This document shows positions 53,047 through 64,000 of a stretch of DNA of 64,000 bases, one piece after another (within the stretch, counting starts at the first letter, position 1; the number at the start of each line of letters is the position of its first letter). Under the pieces are notes generated by a model, which worked only from the letters and a program-made list of their open reading frames with translations, ran no database searches and was not told where the DNA came from. The stretch comes from Balanoglossus misakiensis (taxonomy: Eukaryota > Animalia > Hemichordata): positions 9,491,403 to 9,555,402 of the forward strand of contig CM082587.2 in the NCBI GenBank assembly GCA_040954595.2. Reading direction: 5' to 3'. The position numbers were made by a program, and so were the translations under genes.

Positions 53047-56000
53047 CTGATTGCTTTGGAAGTTAGTTTACAATTTCATTACACATGTACCTGTATGTGC
53101 GACTTTTATTAAAGTCTGGTTTTTAATATTTAGGTAGTTTTGTTATAAATTCTTTGTTTTTGGATAGCAAATCTTCTCTTGAACCAATTGCCCAGTTTCT
53201 TTGAAAGTTACTGTTAACAAGGTGATGGTATACCCAACTTAGACTGTATTCACCACATGTTTACGTAACTTTAATATGCCAGCTGTTACACAGACCACCA
53301 GCTATTCTATTTTGAATTACCCAGTGGCAGGTCACTCAAAATTTTTGAGCAGGTATTCCATGGTTTCTTGATATCACAAAATCGTCTCGAACTTGTCTCC
53401 CATTAGACACTTTTAGCCCCTTGATTAGCCAATGTCCAAAAACATTTAGGCATTTCAGATATCATTAGTCAGTTCGTCAGTCCACTTGTTATGTTAGGTT
53501 GAAAAACACACACTTAAATTACTTGCTATTTACAGTCCTACAAGCTGCTTAAAACTTGTGTGGACACTGATTTTATCATGTTGGGTATCTTCAAACTTTG
53601 ATACCACCCCTAGCATTTTTTTATACTGACATGGTTTCTCTCCAGCGATTTCAACATCCTACTAGGAATACAACCCCTCCTCAACTACATAATATAGGGC
53701 ATGAAATTGCAGGTTTTTGAGAACACTATTTAAAATCATCCCCATCAAGTCTGTAAATGTCTTTGGACAGATTTCTCTCCAGAGTAAAACGAAACTTGCA
53801 ATAAAGAGTCTTTATGCAATAAAAACATGTTGATCATAACTCTAAACAATAATTTGCTATGTACAACATGTCAATCGCTAATAGTAGGTATGGCCATAAG
53901 CATAAACCTGTTTGTTTTGCTATCTTCACTATTCATGTTATCTGACTATATTAATACATTTGCAAGCATACTGTTTCAGACGTAGTGAAGTTGATAAACA
54001 TTTACGGGTATATTTTTACCTGTTGAAACTTACGGAAGTTGATAAAAAAAACTGGACACTTCACATGGGATTTATCATCCCCTCTGTAGATTGGTAGTCT
54101 AACATAGCAGGCAATCTTTCTTTCAAAACTGCAGAGGCCTTCATAAAATGTTGTTGGCAAGAATGAAAGCTTGGGGGGGGGGGGGTGTAGGATTTCCTAC
54201 TTTTTAGGTTAATTTTTTCTATGCCCCCCAAAAGTTATGACAATAAATTGATGACACCCTCAGAATTTATACTCCCTCCCCCATCATACGCTATCCATAT
54301 TCATATAAATATGTCAATAAACGCCATACTGTCCTGTAGGTTTGAGCTAATATTATGAATTTTCTATTTTTTATCGTTTTGTCTTTTTCTGCATTATTGG
54401 TAAAAACATCTTCATTTCTGAAAGCGATAGACTGACTCCTTCAAAATATAGTATGAAGCTGCCTATACGTTGTCTGAGTAACCATGGTTTTGTTCAAATT
54501 ATTGCAAAAAATGACATATTTATAATTTTGATGATAATTTTTTTGTTATTTTTCCCCTCTGAAACCGCTTGTCAGATTGCTTCGATTGATTCGCTTTTTG
54601 GCAGGCATGTTCCTTGTGGTGATTGAAGTTAGGATTTTGAACAATTTTGGTGATATTTGCTTGTATGTGTTTTTGCCACTTTTGAACAAATATTTAGCGA
54701 GTTTTTTTGCAAATTATTGATTTTGGTTAGCAAATCTTCTAAACTCATGTCCAGTTGCATTGAAAGTTACTGTTTACAAGGTATTGGTACCCCGAGACTG
54801 TTTACACTACATGTTTACATAACTTAAAAGACCAGCTGTTACAGAGACCACTAGCTATTAAATGTCTGTCAGTCTGTCCAAGGGTAAGAAGTTGCTTGTC
54901 ATGTGTGTTTCTACACACAATTTTTGGTCAAACATAAATTTTTCTTGCATCACTTGTAAGACTGCCATGACACATGACAGTCTATTGGGCATGGTCCTTG
55001 TTAATTTTTTTACATTTTCATATTTATATATGGTTAGGTCATATCTGCTTGCCAGTGTCGCATGTGATTTTTATTCTTGTCTATAACTAATTCCGTGTAA
55101 TCCTCAAATGGGACCACAGTGTCCTTGACGCTATTTTTTCATAGCCATCCCTAAAAGTCTGGTGTTATGTGCCCCCCCCCCCAATTTCTCATGTAAAAAA
55201 ATCGATGGCCCCCTGGAAATCCTACAGCCACCTCAATTCCTGGGGAAGTATATTCTCAACACTCCCTTATATCACATCCCATATATTGCAACATACAGGT
55301 TTATGATTTGTTACTAACTGCTATGCATATTTCATTCACAGATGGAAGCCATGATTGTCGCAATTTCAACTGGTCCAGGGTTTCTCGTTCTCCTGTGCGC
55401 TGAAGCTTGGTTAAGACTACTTTCTGGTAAGCATGAGTTCATCTATATTTGCTTTTTTAGGGCATTATTGATTTCCTGTAATGTGATTATGATGAGGTGA
55501 ATGAACTGGACATAAATTCAGTTTGGACACATTTAGAATTGGCAGAATTACCCATAGCTATAATTGTATATAGGCGCCTTGAATTTAATTATTTGTTTGC
55601 CGTCCATGGGTGGGTATGTTTTAGGTACAGTGTTATTAAGTCTGTGTGCATGTTTCTGTTGTTTACACATAAATATCATTTGTCACCTGATTGCCATGTA
55701 AGAGTATACCCATATGGACCTTCTATACTCTGCAGTACTATTACTTAGTCAGATGTAAATGGAGTTTCAAAATTGCTGTTTCACAGATTTATCTGCTAAG
55801 TATTCTATTGTTATGCGTTGTCACAACACAGCCTTGACCCTACATTATACCATGTTCTGCATATTTTGACTTATTAGTATGACATAATGCAAGTTTGTGA
55901 TTGGTTACTTATAAACATGCACATATATTTGATTCACAGGTGGACTGTCTTAAATGGTCATCATTAGGCTGTGCAGGAGGGGGAGAAGACCTTGGACCCT

Positions 56001-59000
56001 ATGTTAAAGACCCTTGCGGCATGATTGCTGTATACATGCTGTATACATAGCATTTCAACATGAAGTTCCAGGCCCCGTCAAGTACCTTTTTCTGGTAACC
56101 ACAACTTTGTTGTATACATGCTACATAGCCAGTTTATATGTTACTGTTTTTAATCAAATAGTTAATTCACCCTCTCAATTTTATTGGGGCAGCAATCCAC
56201 TGTTGGTTTATTATGCACACCTCTAATAATCACTTGTCGGATGAATATTCTCCACTTGGTAACCTTTATGTAGTGCTATCCTCCACGATCAAGAAGTGGG
56301 TTGATTATGACTATTTGAATAGGGTACCTAATTGTATTAAGGGTATAGGGGAAGTATTTCACAAATGTTTGTGTACATGGATTTCTCATTTCAACTCATT
56401 GGAGATTTTTTTCCTTCATTTTGTGATCTTAGTTAGTTTGGCGCAAATTGTTGCCAGTTTTGCATATATGTAATGTTTGGTCAATTTTTGCCATTCCGAG
56501 TCGAAAATCGTTTTTCTGAAACTTTTTGTCAGATAGCTTTGAAATTTGGAAGGCATGTTCCTACTCAGACGAGGGGTGTAAACCTAAGTAAACTGTTGGT
56601 GTGAAATTTGGTGAAACTTTTGGGAAATTTTGCAACTTTTCATCAAAAATTGTTTGAAACTACTTGTCAGATTGATTGTAAATTTAGTCAATCTTTGTAG
56701 GCCCCATTCAATATATGTGTATACAACTGGGACCTTATGCGATTCAGCTGCTTCTGTATCTATGTCCATCCACAACAAAAACTTATAGCCTCAATATTTG
56801 GAGTGTAAAGGCTGTTTTGTAGATATAATTTTGTTTAAGTTGTCATGGCCAAAAATGTGCAAATGAGCTTGAAAAATGTTAAATTGGTCTAAACTCATCA
56901 ACTACTGGGCAAATTGCTTTATACATTTGTATGCATGACGACTTCAAAGTCCTGCATGTTTTGAGCTCATATCATGAGTTTTCTATTTTTTATGCTTGTT
57001 TGGACTTTTCCATATTTTTTGTAAATAAACAATTTATGGAAATGATAGCGAATTTCTTTAAAATTTAGCATGAAGCTTCCTATATTTGATCTAAGGTGGT
57101 TTTTGTAAATTGTTACAAAAATTGCCTATTTGTAAGTTTGGGAGATTTTTACCAATTTTGCTCAAAAATCATTTTCTCTGAAATCCCTCGTCAGATTGCT
57201 TTTAAATTTGGTTGGAACGTTCCATGGGGTTACCCAAGTAAGATGTTGTAAAATGTTAGTGAAATTTGTGTTCTTGGGGCAATTTTTGCAATTTTCCATC
57301 AAAAATCGTATCCTTTAAACTATTTGTTGATAATAGCTGGTAGCCGATCAAAACTCTGGTTGTACTCAGCTTGTGACTGTCGATAAAACTATTATTTTCA
57401 ATAAAAATCTGCCGAGAAAATACAGACTGATTCCAAAGGATTCTTATCTTAAATAGTATAGGCTGAAACTATTTCCGTCATAACAGAAGGGTTCAAAACG
57501 TAATAATCTAATGCTGTAAGTCGCAATCTCGCCTTCCTATCTCCAGTGAAAAATGATAAGACAACACCAATGGTATGAGTAATGATATAACCCATATTTA
57601 TTTCAAGTTAACTAAACTCTGATAAAAGCAGTGATAAAACTGGTTTCAATTTAGAAGGTATTGCTTGGACCACGAAAAAAGACAATTAATACTGACAGTA
57701 ATGAAACGCATCCCATCCATGCATTCATCAAAAGTGATTTCTCCATGCTTTTTGAGCAACTTGGCCTATGTATAGTACCCTATTGTCTCTCAATGCAAGC
57801 CACTTGCTTTCACAAAACAATCCCATTTTGCCACTTTGTACTGTTCTTTATATTTTGATCTGAATCTAAAAATAACATCGAATCATCCAGTGTGAGTTAG
57901 CACTGTAATTAGCCAAAGTTATAAATCCACAGTTACCCAGCAAATTTGATATAATGCTTCCCAAAGGTATTGGTTTTGAACTCTCTTCAGAAATAGGTAT
58001 GAAAATTTTAAAATTTCTACTGTTTCAACCCAGACTAGTTTATTTCTGAATAAATAGAGAAATGACAACCGGATAGATTATTCCTCTGTAATAAAGACAT
58101 ATGCAGACACAAGAAAAAGTCTGAACATAATCAGTACATTACTAAAACAGTGTAGGTACATTGTACTTTAAACTCAGGAAGATTAGTGACTATTGTTTGC
58201 CAAAAATGGTCCCAAGTCATTTCTTAAGCAGAGCAGAATAGTAGTTTTGAGAAGCAAAGTGTGATGATTTAAAATGTGAAAAGACAACACCAATCTCTAG
58301 CTCTGCTCTTAGCACTGCAAATGTTATCAGACAGGTAGATAGATGTTCAGTCATCCTATGTCTGTCAACACTTTTTCTTTTCTGAAATCACTGGTGCAAG
58401 TGCTTTCAAATTTGGTATGCAGGTTTCTGGGGGTAGCGAAGTAATGCGTGTTCAAATTGTGTTGAATTCTGCATATTTGTAGTTTGAAACGAGTTTTTGC
58501 TGTTTTTGGAAGAAGAAATAAGCTTGTAGGATTTCTTTGACAATGCAAGTTTCTAGGGATGACGCAAGTTGTTTCTTCAAAATGTGGTGAAATTTGCATA
58601 TTTTTTTTTTTGGGGGGGGGAATTTTCTCTGAAATTTAGTATGTATCTCCATGAGGTTTGTGACATAACCTGCAATTTTGTATTTTGGGGGCAGTTGCCT
58701 TTTTATTTGGACTAAAAATCATATTAGAATATGCATATTTGATTGTCATGTCCACAGGGGTGATATTACTTGTTTACATTATGACCGAATCTGTAAAGTT
58801 TTCATAATGATCTTTAAAATTGGTACGTCTAATTGTTTCGATCTTTGTTGTGAATTGTCCCTGAGTGATCTTAGTCATTTTTTTTAAAATTCTGCTGAAT
58901 ATTGCATTATTATTTTATGTCCGAGTCTGAAGAGTAGTCCTCTTCTCTGAAACTCCTTGACCTAAAGTCAGGTGTCAAATAGTATAATTTGCATATTTGT

Positions 59001-60534
59001 TGCATATGGGATATTGTTGCAGTTTTTTGAAATTCAAGATGGCTGCCAATCTTTGTTTTAACTCTTTGGAAAAACATTTATTTAAATACTTTTCTGAAAA
59101 CAAGGTGGTGAACATCACATTTTTTCAAACAGTAATTGATATAGCTATCATTGCTTCTGAAAATCTTCTTTTTTAATCTCTAGCATCTGCAAAGACCACT
59201 AAAACAGCAACTCTATAAAAAGTCTTATTGCTAGGTACTGACACAAGGTGGTAAAAAGATGTGCAGCTTTTGACTTCTTACAGGCTTACATTTTGTTAGT
59301 AATATCAGTCCCTTATTGGTATTGTGCTGTTTTTTTTTCAGGAGCTTGCGCCCCATTCCCTGGATTTTTTTTGCACACCTGGCTCTGAAAAGCTGCCACA
59401 CCTAGGCTTCTCAAATTGGTCACAGCTGTCCTTGCCAACGAGTGTGCACCTTGAAATTCAAATCAGTTATTTGACCTGGCAGCCATATTCAGTTAAACTT
59501 TTTGAATTAATGCAAATTAGCTGGGACAATTTGAAATTGATCAAAACTCAGAAACTCAACAACCACTGGTCAGATTGATTTGACAATTGGTATGCAAGTA
59601 CCTTATGTCAACCACATATAGTCCTATATTTTTTTTGAACAAATAGTTTGAATATTCTATTTTTATGCATTTTTTCATCATTTTTGGCAAAAAGTCTACT
59701 TTTCTAGAATTGATGAGTCGACTTCTTTGGGTGACGGCAAAGGCTAGGGGGGAATTTAAACTTTAAAATCCAAAAGGGACGGGGGTCATCTTCTTTTTTA
59801 AACCTTTAAGGGGGGATCCCATTCTTTTTGCCCCACAAAATTACAGTTCCGAGGTCTTTTTTTTACAAAATGTACTAATCACACCCACCCCTTCATTCTT
59901 CACCACATTTCATTTATTGGCTGGTTTGTCTATTGTACCAGGACAGGCTACTTGCCATCCCACCCCACCGATGCAAACTTTGAGTGGCATAAGTAAAATT
60001 GTCGTAACATTGAGCTAATTTGCTTTTGGGCTCACTAAAATGCAACTTTGAGCTCTGTATTTGTACAAAATGTTCATTAATTGGCTGGTTTGTCTATTGT
60101 ACCCGGCCGGCATACATAAGATCAAGGACAACGAATGTTTTCGGGGGGAGGGGGGGGGGGTCATATTTTATTGCCTCTCTGTGTGTGTCTGTCTGTCTGT
60201 ACTCCTGTGTAGACTTCTTTTAGTGTAATCACTAAATGAGACCACAGTGTCCCTGACGCGATTTTCAGTGACCCCGGGGTAACCTTTGACCAGCTTTCCT
60301 ATATCTTAGTATTCACAGCAGAATACAGCCTTGGCATACTAACCCTGGTAACCATGGGAACTGTTTGGGCCCCACCAATGGTGCTGGCAGCTTTAATTTT
60401 TAAATGATTTCTTCTTATCATTGTTTTTTTATCAATGATGATGACTTGATCTAATCAGTTTTTAAAAATAATTTCATTCTTTTTTTACATTAGGTTCATT
60501 GGTAACACTGCTGCTAGAGGGAGTGTAATATTTG

Positions 60535-60944
60535 TAATGACGCCGCCACCTAATACTGTACTGGAGAGATGAACTTAATACTTGTAACGACGCCGCCACC
60601 TAATACTGTACTGGAGGGATGAACTTAATACTTGTACCGACGCCGCCACCTAATACTGTACTGGAGGGATGAACTTAATACTTGTACCGACGCCGCCACC
60701 TAATACTGTACTGGAGGGATGAACTTAATACTTGTACCGACGCCGCCACCTAATACTGTACTGGAGGGATGAACTTAATACTTGTAACGCCGCCGCCACC
60801 TAATACTGTACTGGAGGGATGAACTTAATACTTGTAACGACGCCGCCACCTAATACTGTACTGGATGGATGAACTTAATACTTGTAACGACGCCGCCACC
60901 TAATACTCTACTGGATGGATGAACTTAAACTTGTAACGACGCCA
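60535..60944. repeat. Minisatellite, 50-bp unit, ~8 copies
   Basis: CGCCGCCACCTAATACTGTACTGGAGGGATGAACTTAATACTTGTAACGA recurs every 50 bp. Confidence 0.95.
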
Positions 60945-61125
60945 GATAATGCTTCTGTGACCAGAGGGACGAACAACGCCATGATTTGTTGATCTGATCT
61001 AATTAATAATATTCATTCTTTTTTTCCCAATAGGTTCATTGGTAATATCATCGCCGGAGGGAGTCTAATCAATATCTACAACAACGCCGCGCTAGATAAC
61101 AATATCATAACCAGAGGGATGCTGT

Positions 61126-61316
61126 CAATAGGTTAGGTTAATAAAAATGGTTTAATCTGAGGGAATGGTAAAGGGTTGGTGTATGAATATGTTAGGGTAA
61201 TAAAAAATGGTATAATCTAACGGAATGGTGAAGGGTTGATGTATGAATAGGTTAGGCTAATAAAAAATGGTATAATGTAATGGAATGGTGAAGGGTTGGT
61301 GTATGATGACTAATAA
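61126..61316. repeat. Tandem repeat, ~60-bp unit, 3 copies
   Basis: AATAGGTTAGG.TAATAAAAAATGGTATAATC...GGAATGGTGAAGGGTTGGTGTATG. Confidence 0.85.
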
Positions 61317-61724
61317 AACAGTGTGCACAAGGGTACTGTAACAAAACTGTCTGCATGGGTATAATATTATGGTTTCAAGGGTATGATAAGTAATTAAAAT
61401 ACTATAAAAACAAGGGTAATGCCACGTGGTAAATAAAAACTGTACATGTACAGAGGGTAAATACCGGTATAATATATAAGGGTGTAAACGTCAATGGTGT
61501 AATAATAAAAAATGGGTAACACAAGGTTTTGGTGGTATAATAATAATAAAATGGTATTAACTTGATGGTATAAACATTATGGGATGTGTATAAATGGTGT
61601 TAATATTACAAAGGTATGATGATTAATTGGGGTGTAATAATAAGAAATTTAAAATCATTGGGTAATTTATTAGTGTCAGGTTGGGTAAAATAATTTTTGC
61701 TATGCATTCGTGTAATTTGTCTGC

Positions 61725-61922
61725 CGATTTTTTGCAGCGTTACCCGCGTTCGCGTTCTTCATTGCAGGTCGCTCGTCGTGTAATGTAATTTCGCCGTGTG
61801 CCCGTCTGATTCACCGATGGATTTTTTACAACGTTACCCGCGTTCGCGTTCTTCATCGCAGTTCGCTCGTCGTGTAATGGAATTTCGCCGTGTGCCCGTT
61901 TGATTCGCCGATGGATTTTTTG
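61725..61922. repeat. Tandem duplication, ~95-bp unit, 2 copies
   Basis: CGTTACCCGCGTTCGCGTTCTTCAT...GTGCCCGT occurs twice. Confidence 0.8.
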
Positions 61923-62814
61923 CTTTCGTCATCGTAATACCCGCTTCAACACGAATCCTCAATCTCACGTAACAACAATACATCAAAATGTACACAGAAA
62001 AATACGAGTCGGCAAGACAATTCTCGTTAGTGTGAGCCCCAACCTTTTAAAATTCACAACGGGGGAGGGGGCAGTTTTTCCTCATTTTATATTTGGCTCG
62101 AGGTTTTTAACTGTCCCCAGGCGCGTAAAGTTAGTTAGTTAATCACACAGAATGTAATTATCTTGCTTGATTTAAAAAAACACTAAAATTGTATGGGGGA
62201 GCTTCTTGCGATTTGCACTTAAGAAACTGATGGTTTTTACCCATAGATAATATTTAGTATTAAGCACATAATTGCCTAGAAATAAAAATTAACTCAAGGG
62301 TAGAATGCAACAGTTAATTTTGTGCAATATCAACAGGAGCTATTTTGGCACATTATTTCAGTTTGATAAACACTGTTTTTGCTCATTGTTTCATTTCGAC
62401 CACTTTTGTCACCTTGTTTGAAATTGAATGCAAGCATTGTTTCTGTTTGACCACTACTTGGGGTAATTGTTCCAAATTGGTATGCAAGATATTTTACATC
62501 AGCAGTTAGCCATCTAGCCACACTTTAGCTGCACAGCATATGAAAAATAATGAAATTCATGCAAAAAGCAAAAAAGTATTATGGGTATAATGCCATTGCA
62601 GCATTGGCGGTTCGACTCCGTCGATACTTACTTTGAAGCATAAGTCTTCATTATTTTTCATATGTTATAAATAAAACTATTCCAAATTCATATCTTTGTT
62701 TTCAGTTTGTGCTTTTGCTTCACTTAGGGGGCCCACACTTACCAAACCTGTCTTGCCATCTTTTCACATTTCTTCAAATATGCAGCGCCAGCAGTAGGCA
62801 GTATTTGATCAAAT

Positions 62815-64000
62815 TGACCCACAAATCACTCAAAATTAATAGGCAGGATCATGTCCACTCTGGCCTGGTTACTGTCTGGCCTGGTTAATGTTGACGCGAA
62901 GGTTGACCCCACCAAACACTCAAAATTAATGGGCAGGATACTGGCCACTCTGGCCTGGTTAATGTTGACGCAAAGGTTGACCCCACCAAACACTCGAAAT
63001 TAATGGGCAGAATACTGTCCACTCTGGCCTGGTTACTGTCTGGCCTGGTTAATGTTGACGCAAAGGTTGACCCCACCAAACACTCGAAATTAATGGGCAG
63101 AATACTGTCCACTCTGGCCTGGTTACTGTCTGGCCTGGTTAATGTTGACGCAAAGGTTGACCCCACCAGACACTCAAAATTAATGGGCAGCATACTGTCC
63201 ACTCTGGTCTGGTTACTGTGTGCTCTGGTTAATGTTGACGCAAAGGTTGACCCCACCAAACCTCAAAATTAATGGGTAGCATACTGTCCACTCTGGCCTG
63301 GTTACTGTGTGCTCTGGTTAATGTTGACGCAAAGGTTGACCCCACCAAACACTCAAAATTAATGGGTAGCATACTGTCCACTCTGGCCTGGTTACTGTGT
63401 GCTCTGGTTAATGTTGACGCAAAGGTTGACCCCACCAAACACTCAAAATTAATGGGCAGCATACTGTCCACTCTGGCCTGGTTACTGTGTGCTCTGGTTA
63501 ATGTTGACGCAAAGGTTGACCCCACCAAACAATCAAAATTAATGGGCAGCATACTGTCCACTCTGGCCTGGTTACTGTACGTGTGCTCTGGTTAATGTTG
63601 ACACACAGGTTGACCGCACCAAACACTCAAAATTAATGGGCAGCATACTGTCCACTCTGGCCTGGTTACTGTGTGCTCTGGTTAATGTTGACGCAAAGGT
63701 TGACCCCACCAAACACTCAAAATTAATGGGCAGCATACTGTACACTCTGGCCTGATTACTGTCTGGCCTGGTTGATGTTGACGCAAAGGTTGACCCCACC
63801 AAACACTCAAAATTAATGGGCAGCATACTGTCTACTCTGGCCTGGTTACTGTCTGGCCTGGTTAATGTTGATGCAAAGGTTGACCCCACCAAACACTCAA
63901 AATTAATGAGCAGCATACTGTCCACTCTGGCCTGATTACTGTCTGGCCTGGTTGATGTTGACGCAAAGGTTGACCCCACCAAACACTCAAAATTAATGGG
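62815..64000. repeat. Satellite/minisatellite array, 90-bp unit, about 13 copies, running off the window end
   Basis: AATGTTGACGCAAAGGTTGACCCCACCAAACACTCAAAATTAATGGGCAGCATACTGTCCACTCTGGCCTGGTTACTGT... with period 90. Confidence 0.97.

Larger units (their letters stand above)
40377..53245 (+). repeat. Tandem segmental duplication: unit 1 at 40377-44139, unit 2 at 44140-~53245 (with insertions)
   Basis: Both units begin GAGCTACTATGACTGGTTACTAAC and end ...ACCCAACTTAGACT; colinear internal matches; an older paralogous unit lies at ~55300-57320. Confidence 0.9.
40425..61320 (+). ncRNA. Putative spliced non-coding transcript built from duplicated short exons (40425-40499, 41067-41139, 44186-44260, 47833-47905, 55342-55426, 55940-~56094, terminal acceptors before 60494 and 61034)
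   Basis: Repeated branch point/acceptor (tactaac...ttgattcacag) and donor (G|gtaagc) signals; no continuous reading frame across the exons; no transcript evidence available. Confidence 0.45.

Noticed and set aside
60535-60944. Regularly spaced repeats resembling a CRISPR array
   Set aside because: The units are contiguous with no unique spacers, there are no cas genes, and the DNA is eukaryotic.

Overview
AT-rich, intron-containing animal genomic DNA; the repeat content suggests a marine invertebrate deuterostome, which is inference only. Positions 1-26.8 kb (+) hold the last eight coding exons of a KIF21A/B-like kinesin-4 gene (WD40 tail, stop codon ending at 24646). Its introns are packed with nested transposons: DIRS and pogo remnants, Kolobok (TTAA), hAT, P-like (7-bp TSD), IS3EU-like (6-bp TSD) and Helentron-type non-autonomous elements, plus an apparently intact Crypton-type tyrosine recombinase ORF (9115-10671, -). 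That Crypton has a terminal repeat + long hairpin architecture that recurs in a small non-coding element in the KIF21 3' UTR. Positions 27-40 kb are a nest of DNA transposons. Positions 40-61 kb contain a tandemly duplicated cassette of short, well-spliced-looking but probably non-coding exons. The window ends in 50-, 60- and 90-bp tandem repeats. All coordinates were read by eye and no database searches were run.
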